Below, in pieces: positions 1-9,475 of a stretch of 64,000 nucleotides of DNA. The notes below the pieces were generated by a model. It had not been told where the DNA came from. It saw only the letters and a list, made by a program, of their open reading frames with translations, and did not search any database. The stretch is from Candidatus Poribacteria bacterium (lineage in GTDB: Bacteria > Poribacteria > WGA-4E > UBA9662). Position 1 is the stretch's first letter; the number at the start of each line of letters is the position of its first letter. The stretch is from assembly GCA_036339735.1 (NCBI GenBank), contig JAYZAL010000088.1, positions 109,676-173,675 of the forward strand. The letters are read 5' to 3'. The position numbers and the translations under genes are program-made.

Positions 1-4
1 AACT

Positions 5-1165
5 ATGAAAAATGAATTTTACCGTGTAGCAATTTTGGGGTGTCGTAGCCGAGGCCGAGCAGCAGCTCTAGCCTACCATGACCATCCTCGTACTAAGATT
101 GTTGGTCTCTGTGATTTAATTCAAGACCGCCTTACTGAATTGGGAAACGAGCTTAGCATAACAGCCCAATACACAAATTTGGGTCGAATGATTGAAGAAA
201 CTAAGCCTGATATTGTGGTAATTGCAACCGGTACAGAGTTTCACTATGATCTTTGTATGCAAGTTCTAGAATATGGGGTTCATATTGAGGTTGAAAAGCC
301 GATGTGTGTTGACTTAGTTCAGGCTGATGAGGTAATAAGCAAAGCAGAATTAAAGAAATGCAAGATAGCGGTTCACCATCAAGGCCGCGTAGGTCCTGCA
401 ATGTTAGCTCTACAGAAGGCTATTGACCAAGAGAAAATTGGCGAAATTCGTTATCTATACGGAAGTGGTAAAGGATACTACGGTGGTTATGGACTAATGA
501 ACATTGGTACTCATATGATAAATAACATGCTCCGGTTCACCCATCAATGCCAAAGTGTTGTCGCTCATACGACGACTAATGGTCGGTCGATTGAAACGAA
601 AGATGTTTTAGCATCTCCAAGTGGCATGGGTACGATTACCGGAGAATATATTTCAGCCAGTTTTCAGTTTTCTAGTAATGTTACGGGAACACTTTTACAG
701 CACCGATTTGACAAAATGGATACCAGCGCTTACGTAATGGAAATTTACGGTTCTGAAGGGCGTTTATTCTGGAGATCCAATCAAGCTTGGTGGCTACCTC
801 AACCTCATTATGTTCCTGGCATGAAATGGGAACCCTTAGACCCAATTTTTCCTAAATGTTATCAGCCAGGAAATCTATCGGATGCCGACGATTTTAGTTT
901 TGTCGATGAGTATGTACGAGCACTTGATAATGATGACCAGCATGAGTGTAGCGGTTATCAAGGCCGACATGTTTTAGAAATTATGATGGGAATCTTTGAA
1001 TCGTCTACCGATGGAACTAGAGTAAATCTGCCTCAAGTAGATCGACAACATCCACTCTTGCGCTGGAGCGCTGACAGCAGTTCAAACGAGAAGAGTGGAA
1101 ATTTGGAATCGCTACCACGAGACTATCCATCATGGCTCTCAAAACTAGGAATTAATAGCTTCTAA
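5..1165 (+). CDS. Gfo/Idh/MocA family oxidoreductase
   Basis: N-terminal Rossmann-like 'VAILGCRSRG', 'PDIVVIAT..H', 'EKPMC' motif, 'GTHMIN'. Confidence 0.9.
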   Translation: MKNEFYRVAILGCRSRGRAAALAYHDHPRTKIVGLCDLIQDRLTELGNELSITAQYTNLGRMIEETKPDIVVIATGTEFHYDLCMQVLEYGVHIEVEKPMCVDLVQADEVISKAELKKCKIAVHHQGRVGPAMLALQKAIDQEKIGEIRYLYGSGKGYYGGYGLMNIGTHMINNMLRFTHQCQSVVAHTTTNGRSIETKDVLASPSGMGTITGEYISASFQFSSNVTGTLLQHRFDKMDTSAYVMEIYGSEGRLFWRSNQAWWLPQPHYVPGMKWEPLDPIFPKCYQPGNLSDADDFSFVDEYVRALDNDDQHECSGYQGRHVLEIMMGIFESSTDGTRVNLPQVDRQHPLLRWSADSSSNEKSGNLESLPRDYPSWLSKLGINSF

Positions 1166-1563
1166 TTATTGAATTTAAGCACCCTTCGTAGAGAATATTA
1201 GATAAATACAGAAATAGAGTTGGGAAAACAATTCTATCAAGACTGTCACGTTCTGAAAAACAATATTAGGATCATGTATGATATAAATTTGTTTGAAGTA
1301 GGACTGGTTACGATTGCAAACAAATTGGATCGATTATAATCCTAATTTCTATCGAAGAATTCAATTACACAATATTGCAAGTTAATTTTGGGTCTATGCT
1401 TGATCTTGCAGGAAAGACGAATAGATGGTACGATTTTGCGCTGACATCTTGTCAGTATTTCGGTCTAGGTGTGCTGGCTAAATCTTAGTATGATTTACTC
1501 ATTCTCTATTTAGACCTAACTAAATTTAAAACTTTAAAAACGAAATTTTTCTGTAGGAGACTA

Positions 1564-2277
1564 ATGCACATGAAAAATAATATTATGTTGATCTTGGCAG
1601 GATTTCTATTATTGGTCAGCACAATGACCAATATAGAAGCCGGGGTAAAAGTCCCAGGAACAATAATAGGAACAGGTACCAAAGCTTTATTAGGAGGAGA
1701 CCTGACTGATCCAGAAGATGATGGCGCACCTGAAGAAGATACAAATTACAATGCCAAATTCACCTCCAGTGATGAGCCAGGATTTGGAGGAGGAGAATTT
1801 GCCTTTAATGTATTTGATAATATACTTGGGCCAGGAAATGACAAGTGGTGTTGCGGTAAAGGTGGCATAGGAGATGGCGAAGGTATGCATATAACGGCCG
1901 AACTTGATGCTCCACATTTATTGACACATTTTACTTTATCTTCAGCCAACGACGTTCCTGATAGAGACCCTACAACTTGGGAAGTTCAAGGATCGAATGA
2001 TGGCAAAAAATTTACAACCATCTTTTCTTATGATGGCGATAACCTTTTTACTGATCGGCTTCAGGTCATTCGTTTCGATGCAGGAGAAGACTTCGATGCA
2101 CAAACCACCGGGTATCGATTTTTCAGACATATCACTTTCAAAACAGCTAATTGGCCAAACGGAGCTTTCTTTCAAATTGGTGAAATTGAGTATTTTGGCA
2201 CCCCAGCTGACGATACTGCTGTGAATCCTAAGTCCAAGCTTGCAACACAGTGGGGAATATTGAAAAATAATCGGTAA
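1564..2277 (+). CDS. Secreted discoidin/F5-8 type C-like (galactose-binding fold) protein with C-terminal KLxxxW tail; start may be ATG 1570
   Basis: Signal peptide; 'HFTLSSAND.P.RDP..WEVQGSNDG', 'FQIGEIEYFG'; AGGAGA RBS at 1555-1560; tail AVNPKSKLATQWGILKNNR. Confidence 0.75.
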   Translation: MHMKNNIMLILAGFLLLVSTMTNIEAGVKVPGTIIGTGTKALLGGDLTDPEDDGAPEEDTNYNAKFTSSDEPGFGGGEFAFNVFDNILGPGNDKWCCGKGGIGDGEGMHITAELDAPHLLTHFTLSSANDVPDRDPTTWEVQGSNDGKKFTTIFSYDGDNLFTDRLQVIRFDAGEDFDAQTTGYRFFRHITFKTANWPNGAFFQIGEIEYFGTPADDTAVNPKSKLATQWGILKNNR

Positions 2278-2308
2278 ACCTTGTAAAACAATAGTGTTTA
2301 CTATCTAT

Positions 2309-2348
2309 ACAAGATTGAGGTGAAAATAACTAATCACCTCAATCTTGT
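2309..2348. terminator. Perfect 15-bp inverted repeat between the tandem paralogs (terminator or mRNA-stabilising stem-loop)
   Basis: ACAAGATTGAGGTGA (2309-2323) / TCACCTCAATCTTGT (2334-2348), 10-nt loop; no clear U-tract. Confidence 0.55.
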
Positions 2349-2396
2349 CTTAGTTGGCACTTATTTTCAAACTTATTTTATGGGAGTCAATTACGA

Positions 2397-3080
2397 GTGA
2401 AAGTTAATATTTCGATGTTGTTAGTGGTTTTACTATTGGTCTCTGTTGTTGATATTTCTATTGCTGAAAAGGACTTAGGTACAGGTACAGACTCACTTCT
2501 AGGAGGAGACCTAACTGACCCAGAAGACGATGGAAAGCCAGAACAAGATAAAAATTACAATGCTAAATTTACTTCTAATGATGAACCTGGTTTCGGAGGA
2601 GGAGAATTTGCATTTAACGTATTTGATAATGTTCTTGGGCCAAGCAATGATAAATGGTGTTGTGGTAAAGGCGGTGGTGCCAAAGAAGGAATGTGGGTAA
2701 CTGCAGAATTTGATAAGAAATATGCATTGACTCATTTTACCGTATCATCAGCTAATGATGTTCCTGCTAGAGATCCACTGGTATGGGAAGTTCAAGGATC
2801 AAACGATGGCAAGAAATTCACTACTATTTACTCACATGACGAGAAGAAACCCATTTGGACTCAGAGGCTTCAAGTCATCCGTTTCGACGCGGGAAAAGAC
2901 TTCAAAAAGCAAACCGTCGGATACAAATTCTTCCGTCATATTACCACTGAAACTCAATCTTGGCCGAATGGAGCCTACTTCCAGATTGGTGAAATTGAAT
3001 ACTTTGGTGATACGAATTTTCCAGTAGACCCTAAATCCAAACTAACAAGTTCATGGGGAAGGATCAAAAGTAATCGATAG
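2397..3080 (+). CDS. Secreted discoidin/F5-8 type C-like protein, tandem paralog of 1564..2277
   Basis: Long near-identical blocks with the upstream gene (LLGGDLTDPEDDG, EPGFGGGEFAFNVFDN, NDKWCCGKGG); tail PVDPKSKLTSSWGRIKSNR. Confidence 0.75.
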   Translation: MKVNISMLLVVLLLVSVVDISIAEKDLGTGTDSLLGGDLTDPEDDGKPEQDKNYNAKFTSNDEPGFGGGEFAFNVFDNVLGPSNDKWCCGKGGGAKEGMWVTAEFDKKYALTHFTVSSANDVPARDPLVWEVQGSNDGKKFTTIYSHDEKKPIWTQRLQVIRFDAGKDFKKQTVGYKFFRHITTETQSWPNGAYFQIGEIEYFGDTNFPVDPKSKLTSSWGRIKSNR

Positions 3081-3177
3081 GCACTGCTAACTAGAGCTTG
3101 TCTAAAAACTCTGGCTGTGTCCTTCTATTGTAGGCATGGTGTCATTGTTTGTTTAATGATTAACAACTTCAGCACGG

Positions 3178-3210
3178 AAGGGACCTGTTCTATTAACGGG
3201 TCCCTTTTTT
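3178..3210 (+). terminator. Rho-independent terminator after the discoidin pair
   Basis: AAGGGACCTGTT-ctatt-AACGGGTCCCTT stem followed by a T-run. Confidence 0.8.
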
Positions 3211-3214
3211 GATT

Positions 3215-4058
3215 CTACGAAAAGATTCTCTTAAAAGCTAAACTCACCGGATCAGATATTTGAGGAATTCGAGCAAGGTCATTTTGAGTGAAGTTAATCT
3301 GCTTGTCCCCTATCTCATTTTTAAACCACCGCGTTTGTTTTCTTCGTCTTGGTAACATTTATGTTATCTAAAACAAGAGAATGGATATTCCGATAGTTAA
3401 AGGAATAGTATGTTGGCCCAAAAAGACACGTTAATTGGTCAGATTCAGCCTCTTCCATAGCTACTAATTAAGTCATACCAAGAGATTCTTGGTAAGGTTC
3501 CTCGAATAAATCGAAACAATCAAATGCGATATACCTTCGAGAGTAACTCCAAATTTGGTATCCGTCCTAGTAATTCTTTCTAAAACTTCACGTGCTATGT
3601 AATCCCCTTCGGTTTAATTAGCAGGATTGTGGATCGACAAACAAAATTGACTTGAATAATTCTGGTACTTTTTATCTAATTAGAGAAAACTCAATATATT
3701 TAGGCCATGGACCTGTTGGTGACATACGAAGATGTTTTAAATGATCCGGTGATCCATTTGGCTTATGTATGCAGTAGAACTAAGGCAACTGATTTTCATT
3801 CAGTAGACAAGCCCAATCTTTCGGATTGATTATAAGAATAATTGTGTCGCTGGTAATTGAAAGTTGATCAATGCCCGTCTAATCAGTTCCCATTATATTT
3901 TTTCCATTTGAAACACTAATTTCTTCCAGTAAATTCTCCCCCGAATCATACTTTTATCCTCATCCTCAAAAACTCTACCAGTAGCTGTCCGATTTTCAAC
4001 ATGATCTAGCAACGTAAAACACAAGAAAATTACAAGTTATTATAATAAATTATTTCAT
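3215..4058 (-). pseudogene. Decayed calcineurin-like (metallo)phosphoesterase with N-terminal MetallophosN-type region
   Basis: Manual minus-strand translation across stops and frameshifts: ATGRVFED...VSNGKNIMGTD*TG...SDTIILIINPKDW..LNENQLP*FYCIHKPNGSP...PTGPWPKYIEFSL...ILFVDPQ...DYIAREVLE...FGVTLEGI...FGPTYYSFNYRNIHSLVLDNI...EIGDKQINFTQNDLARIP; AGAGGA RBS before ATG at 4058. Confidence 0.75.
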
Positions 4059-4155
4059 TCGAATATCCTCTTTGGGATTGCTGGATGAAAATAAATTTAT
4101 TTCTAACATGTATCGTATTCCGGCGTTCGAAAAACTCATTTAAGTTTATGTTAAT

Positions 4156-5322
4156 TTACTTTCTAGAAAAATTCCATCTTTTGAAGATTAATCGAAAATC
4201 TTGAAGGATACGTTTTTTACTCAGACCAAATTGAACAAGAGAATACTGGTGCCTACTTATATAGCGTGAGCTGTTCTCCATTATCTGTTTTACTTCTTGA
4301 TCATAAACTGATGAATACTCGAGATCTAATTGATGGTAGATACGTTTGATTTCGTTCCGAGGGTCATTACGAAATTCATCATAATTTAAAATTTTATACC
4401 GATTTTCTTTGTAGGCTGTGAGTTTAGTCAACGGATAGTGGTACCAATGACGAATCATTTCCATCGTGCTTTCAAAAATAGGAGTCCTATTTTTAAAGAC
4501 TCCTTCATTAACGTTAGCCAAGTGAGTACATAAGTACTGGAATACACTCAGATTAGAGGGAATTGTACTAATTGGATTACGGATAATTAAAATAAAACGA
4601 GATTCTGGCAAGAACGTCATTATAGATTCAATACGAGGACAAAAATGAGGATTTTTAGATAAAAAACTTTTGTTGGGTCCAAAAACATATAGGTGCCGAC
4701 GGACGCAATTCTTGTAAAATTCCATTTGCTTTTTTCTAATACTATAAGGCACTTCCTGATCATAGTAGATATAAGGTTTAAAATCTTCCTGATAAGGAAA
4801 TAAATAGATTAAGAAAAAGCTAGAAAACTGGTGAAGAAATATCGCTTCGTCTTCTTCCATGTCGAACCAAGATAACTGATGAAGTTGATGTAGGTTTTTA
4901 AACCACCAAGACTCAAAATTCGCCATCAATTGAAAAATAGAAGAACCGAACAGACGGTCCAACCGACCTAAAAATAAGAAAATGTACTTCTGGCAAATGG
5001 CTGGAGCAACGCATACTTCCCAAAGGCTCATACCTGTAAATTGGGCATGGTCTTTCGAAATAATTCTTTGCAGAAAAGTTGTACCGCTTCTTGGCACACC
5101 GATGATAAAGAGCGGTTTAACTTCGATCTTTTTATAACTATTAAAGAAAATATCGTCGAGATAAAAGCATATCCAGTTAAATATCTGTTGAGGTATAAAC
5201 CAAATTGAGAAAAGGAAAAGTACGAATAATTGCTTAAAACGTGGCTTATTTGGTTGCCGAATTGTGTCTGAGAAAAGTTTAGACATCAAGGTTATAAAAA
5301 ACCGGTAATTAAATACATTCAT
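4156..5322 (-). CDS. Sulfotransferase family protein
   Basis: 5'-PSB loop 'FIIGVPRSGTTFLQ', 'LSKNP', 'IIRNP...IPS' 3'-PB motif. Confidence 0.85.
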   Translation of the reverse strand: MNVFNYRFFITLMSKLFSDTIRQPNKPRFKQLFVLFLFSIWFIPQQIFNWICFYLDDIFFNSYKKIEVKPLFIIGVPRSGTTFLQRIISKDHAQFTGMSLWEVCVAPAICQKYIFLFLGRLDRLFGSSIFQLMANFESWWFKNLHQLHQLSWFDMEEDEAIFLHQFSSFFLIYLFPYQEDFKPYIYYDQEVPYSIRKKQMEFYKNCVRRHLYVFGPNKSFLSKNPHFCPRIESIMTFLPESRFILIIRNPISTIPSNLSVFQYLCTHLANVNEGVFKNRTPIFESTMEMIRHWYHYPLTKLTAYKENRYKILNYDEFRNDPRNEIKRIYHQLDLEYSSVYDQEVKQIMENSSRYISRHQYSLVQFGLSKKRILQDFRLIFKRWNFSRK

Positions 5323-5520
5323 CTAGTCTGGTAGGTATGTTCGCACTTTCTCTTGATTTCATTTAGTTAATTTGTAGATTCATCACAGTAGGAAACAACT
5401 AATACCCTTGATGACAGCACCAGTTCAAGAGGATAAAAGAAAGAATAATGTTTTATTGTGAAAAGAATAAATTTAGGTTACAAAAAAATACGATCTAGTT
5501 TTGTCTGCACTCTGAATTAA

Positions 5521-5854
5521 TTATTTTTCTGGTTATGAATAGAACGGACATAAGATGATAAGCGGCTTTTGTCTATCGTCTTTGGGCTAAATTAAATATA
5601 AAAATATCAAAAGAACAAAGGATATCACACTCGAAAATATAGAGCATTAGTTGTACCAAAATAATTTACTCGATATCGAATGATCGTAGTTTCTGTTTTG
5701 CTAAATTGATTTAATTATGAACACTAGGTCGTTTAGATGATTAGCACAATTAGTTTGGTAGCTGTTTATCAACTATTGGCGGTCAAGCCTTAGGGGTCAA
5801 ATAACCAAAACAGAAGAGTGCAAAATCAATGCTAATTTTTTACTGGTAAATCAA
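5521..5854. repeat. Diverged dispersed repeat, copy 1 (homologous to 20401..20724)
   Basis: Colinear shared blocks: TAAGAYGATAA, GCATTAGTT, AATTTACTCGATATC, TTAGAT, AAGCCTT, AAAACAGA.GAGTG, CTAATTTTT..ACYGGYAAAT. Confidence 0.75.
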
Positions 5855-6182
5855 GTGGTCTATCTTGACAAGAAAATTTATGACGATAGTCTCTTAGTTC
5901 AAATACTATCGATCCTGGCGCCTATGGTAAACCAAAAGTATAAGCTAACACCTAATGTAGACCTGTGCTTTTCCAACATAATACTGACTTAATAACTAAC
6001 AGAAACTGATTATCTTTTCTAAATATATGGATAATGTTCATAGAATGATACTATCGCAGAATTGGTTGAGTTTTCTACAAAAAACTATAGGTCAATCAGG
6101 GTAAAATGAAATCTATTTTAAGATAAGCTGAAAACAAAATCATATCCAGGCAGAGGTGGAATCATAATCTATTTGGTCCCAC

Positions 6183-7721
6183 CTATCTATTCGATATTTT
6201 TTTCCTAGTCAGATGTAGGTTGCCTTTAGGGATGGAAAAAATGAATGCAGTAACAGCAGTGGCTGCAATTCTAGAGTCGCTTCCATAACCAGCATTATCA
6301 CGATTAGGCTGATAGTAGAAGCTACCATCAGGACACTGGGCGAGTGTGAACCACCAACGGTTGGCCTCCATCAACTGGCGAAAGCAGTCGGAATCGACGT
6401 TAGCTCCGATAGCTGTATAACCCATACCCATAATTGGTGAGCCATGGGTGTCAGGAAAGCTCTGTGGATGTTGGCCTATTACCTTAGCCTGTAAAAAAGC
6501 AAACTTACTATGTTCATTCCCCTGATAAGGGCTCAATTGGTGAGCGATGGCAGAAGCTCCTGTACGTCCCATATCAGCCCAATCATTTGGCCCAGCAGGT
6601 TGGTCTTTATACCAGACGTAACCATTGGCTCCAGCAGAACGTCGCAAAAAGTTATAGGCCGCTACATGCCGGTCTGGGTCAACATCGATTCCACAACGGT
6701 GCATCAAGGAGAAAGCTAAAGCCCCTTGAGCGGTTAGCATACTGATCGGTCCATAACCTTCAAATCCGGGATTGTGTCCCCATCCACCGTGAGAATCCAT
6801 CTTATCTTTTGGATAAGCGTGAGGATGTGTCTCTTTTACTTTTTCATTAATCTGATTCATATCGATGTATTGGGTGGATACCAGAAATTCATATACTTCC
6901 TGAATTTCTTTCAGTACCCATTTTTCTCTTGTGAATAAGTAGTATTCACTCATAACGATAGCTGCAGACATATAACGCCAGTTTATCAGCCAAGAGCTGT
7001 CTTCTGAACTTGTGGTCCGTGCGTGCATCTTTACGTTTTTCTTAACAGCATCTAGATATCGTTTTTCACCGCTAGCCAAAAGAGCTAATGGTGCAAAAGT
7101 GTTCTGTGGTGGTATCCCCCAAGAACCATCTTCGCCTTGATGGTCGACCAGATACTGATACAGTTGATCCCGAATAAGATTTGTTTTTTTGCAGTCGAAT
7201 GGGAAATTTTGACCATAGGTTCCAGATTGATGCCCGATATTGAGTAGGACATTCTCTGTAGCCCCTCGACGATCTAGAGTTACAGATAAAGCTCCCATCG
7301 CTGAGGTGTTTTGGCAATTTTCCAGTGCGATAGCAAAGTCAAGGACTGGTCCATCAGCGCCAAACTTATCCATACCGTATCCATTTTTGTGTTCGGTATT
7401 GAACAGTTCGTTGTTAACACCAATTATTAAATCACCAGGAGAGATTTTTCCGTCAGCCGGCGAGCGGGGAAATACATATTTGACTAAAAGATACTTAGGT
7501 TTATCAGCTACTAGTTCAACACGGATGCCAGTAACACCCAAATTGTAGTACCAGCCCCCAACCACAGCGTCAGGACCAGTTTCAGATTTTTGATTCCAAG
7601 GGCTACCATTACCCAAGTAGTGGACCTGGGCTGAAGAAAAAGGGACACTACCAAGAATTAGCATAATACCTAGAATTAACAAGATAGGACATTGAAACAA
7701 TAAAAATAACGTGTTTTTCAT
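6183..7721 (-). CDS. Secreted PDZ + alpha/alpha-barrel protein (DUF6288-like)
   Basis: Signal peptide; 'YNLGVTG', PDZ-like 'SPADGKISPGDLIIGVN'; QW-like repeats 'QGEDGSW', 'QCPDGSF'. Confidence 0.65.
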   Translation of the reverse strand: MKNTLFLLFQCPILLILGIMLILGSVPFSSAQVHYLGNGSPWNQKSETGPDAVVGGWYYNLGVTGIRVELVADKPKYLLVKYVFPRSPADGKISPGDLIIGVNNELFNTEHKNGYGMDKFGADGPVLDFAIALENCQNTSAMGALSVTLDRRGATENVLLNIGHQSGTYGQNFPFDCKKTNLIRDQLYQYLVDHQGEDGSWGIPPQNTFAPLALLASGEKRYLDAVKKNVKMHARTTSSEDSSWLINWRYMSAAIVMSEYYLFTREKWVLKEIQEVYEFLVSTQYIDMNQINEKVKETHPHAYPKDKMDSHGGWGHNPGFEGYGPISMLTAQGALAFSLMHRCGIDVDPDRHVAAYNFLRRSAGANGYVWYKDQPAGPNDWADMGRTGASAIAHQLSPYQGNEHSKFAFLQAKVIGQHPQSFPDTHGSPIMGMGYTAIGANVDSDCFRQLMEANRWWFTLAQCPDGSFYYQPNRDNAGYGSDSRIAATAVTAFIFSIPKGNLHLTRKKISNR

Positions 7722-7870
7722 AATTCAACCAAATTTCTCAATCCTTTGATGTCAATTCGTGAAAAAGAATTAACATGATATTTTTATAATTGTCTACCAA
7801 TATCTAGGCATTAATCTGATAAATTACAACAAACGCTCTTAAATTTTATTTGTAGACGTATTACAAGAGT

Positions 7871-9163
7871 TTATTTGCTCAGATTAATGCAGATTAACTC
7901 TTCATCATTGCGGACAAATATATGCTTATTAGCAAAAGCGGGGTGCGACCAGCAGACACCGCCACGGCGGTTCAACTGATCTTTTGTTGGCTTAATGATT
8001 TGGGAACGACTGATCAAATTAACTTTTTCCGGAGAAAGTTTAGTTAGTAATAATTCTCCTTTCTCATTAAATATCCATACATAATCCCTGTTTTTAACGA
8101 AGTGAGCTGTACTCCATCTTTCAATAGGAGCAATAGTAACGTCTTCAAAAACACGGTCCCCAGTAGCAATATCTAGACAGCGAAAATGGCCATAGCTATC
8201 AATACCGTAAATAAAATCTCCAATTAATATGGGAGTAGAAATCAGAGAGTGAAGACTATCTGTTTGATGCTCGTCTTCTCCTCTTCGGTGCCACACCTTT
8301 TCTGCTCGTAATTCAGATGAGTCAAGACGAACTAGCATTGAACCATCAAAAAAATTGCTGATAAACACATGGCCTTGATGATGAACTGGGGTCGCAATAC
8401 CAATGGCCATTCGAGAAGGATGGCAATCAATTTCCCAATAAGTTTTTCCACTTTCAGGAGACAAACCAACTAGATGGTTACCCGTATAACATACCAAGAC
8501 TTTTTCGTTGGCCTGCTTGATCAAAATTGGTGTGGAATACGATGCAGGATCTGATCTAGCAGTCCACAATTCCTCACCAGTCTGACGGTCTAATGCCACC
8601 AAGCAAGCACTCTTTCCACCGATTTGTAAAAACAATTTATTTTCTTCTACTACTGGTGAGGCTGCAATCCCCCAAGTTGGCATCTGGATTTGGTAAATCT
8701 GATTGAGGTCTTTTTTCCACTTCACTTGTCCCGTTTCTGCTACGAAACAATGGAGGTGGCCCATTGTTCCCAAGGCATAAGCCAATCCATCGACAATAAC
8801 CACAGAGGTTCGTGGACCAGCGGTATAACCCACATTTTGATACTGACATTCATAACTATAACTCCAAACACGATGACCTGTTTCGGCTGAGAAACAGTGA
8901 ACATTTTCTACCTGTTTGGGTTTTGTTTCTCGGTCCATGACATAAACTCGACCTTCGGATACCGTTGGTCCACTGTACCCACTACCAATAGGTACTCGCC
9001 AAGTAGGCTTTTGTAAATCTTCGGTATCAAAATGATTAATAATTCCAATTTCATTCCAAGTACCATCCCTGTTAGGTCCTCGCCATTGATACCAATCTTC
9101 AGCTGGGAGCCAAACAGATAACAAGCCAAGTAGGAATAAACATAGCAGGAAACGTCCATTCAT
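7871..9163 (-). CDS. PQQ-like beta-propeller repeat protein (BamB-like family)
   Basis: Signal peptide; 'DWYQWRGPNRDG', repeated 'C/ALD..TG...W' blades, 'WSHPAFANKHIFVRN'. Confidence 0.85.
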   Translation of the reverse strand: MNGRFLLCLFLLGLLSVWLPAEDWYQWRGPNRDGTWNEIGIINHFDTEDLQKPTWRVPIGSGYSGPTVSEGRVYVMDRETKPKQVENVHCFSAETGHRVWSYSYECQYQNVGYTAGPRTSVVIVDGLAYALGTMGHLHCFVAETGQVKWKKDLNQIYQIQMPTWGIAASPVVEENKLFLQIGGKSACLVALDRQTGEELWTARSDPASYSTPILIKQANEKVLVCYTGNHLVGLSPESGKTYWEIDCHPSRMAIGIATPVHHQGHVFISNFFDGSMLVRLDSSELRAEKVWHRRGEDEHQTDSLHSLISTPILIGDFIYGIDSYGHFRCLDIATGDRVFEDVTIAPIERWSTAHFVKNRDYVWIFNEKGELLLTKLSPEKVNLISRSQIIKPTKDQLNRRGGVCWSHPAFANKHIFVRNDEELICINLSK

Positions 9164-9475
9164 GTCACTAGTCCTTGATAAATGAATAATAAAGATATAA
9201 TTTTAGAAAAAAATCGGGAATGTAAAAGAAAGACCTAGTTTGATTTATCGATTTTTGTTTCATCTCGCCTTCTGATTCTAACTAAATTTGTTGACCTGTC
9301 AAGGTCCTGCGATCAGAATAATCATTCTCAAAAGTAAAAAGAAGCCAAGATAGTTTACAAAAAACTTTGATTTGTCGGCTATTGTCTATCAGTGGTAAAA
9401 GTAGAGGAATCATTGGAATACTTGATTTTGATTTGAGCTGACTAAATCTATAAGTTGAGATAATTCGTATTTATT

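Noticed and set aside
1441-1455. Palindrome CTGACA-N3-TGTCAG upstream of the discoidin pair (also TGTCA-N6-TGACA near 23220)
   Set aside because: Short single occurrences with different spacing; expected by chance in 64 kb.
3300-3360. miaA-like C-terminus ('RRKQTRWFK') on the minus strand
   Set aside because: Chance resemblance; the flanking peptide blocks fit a metallophosphoesterase instead.
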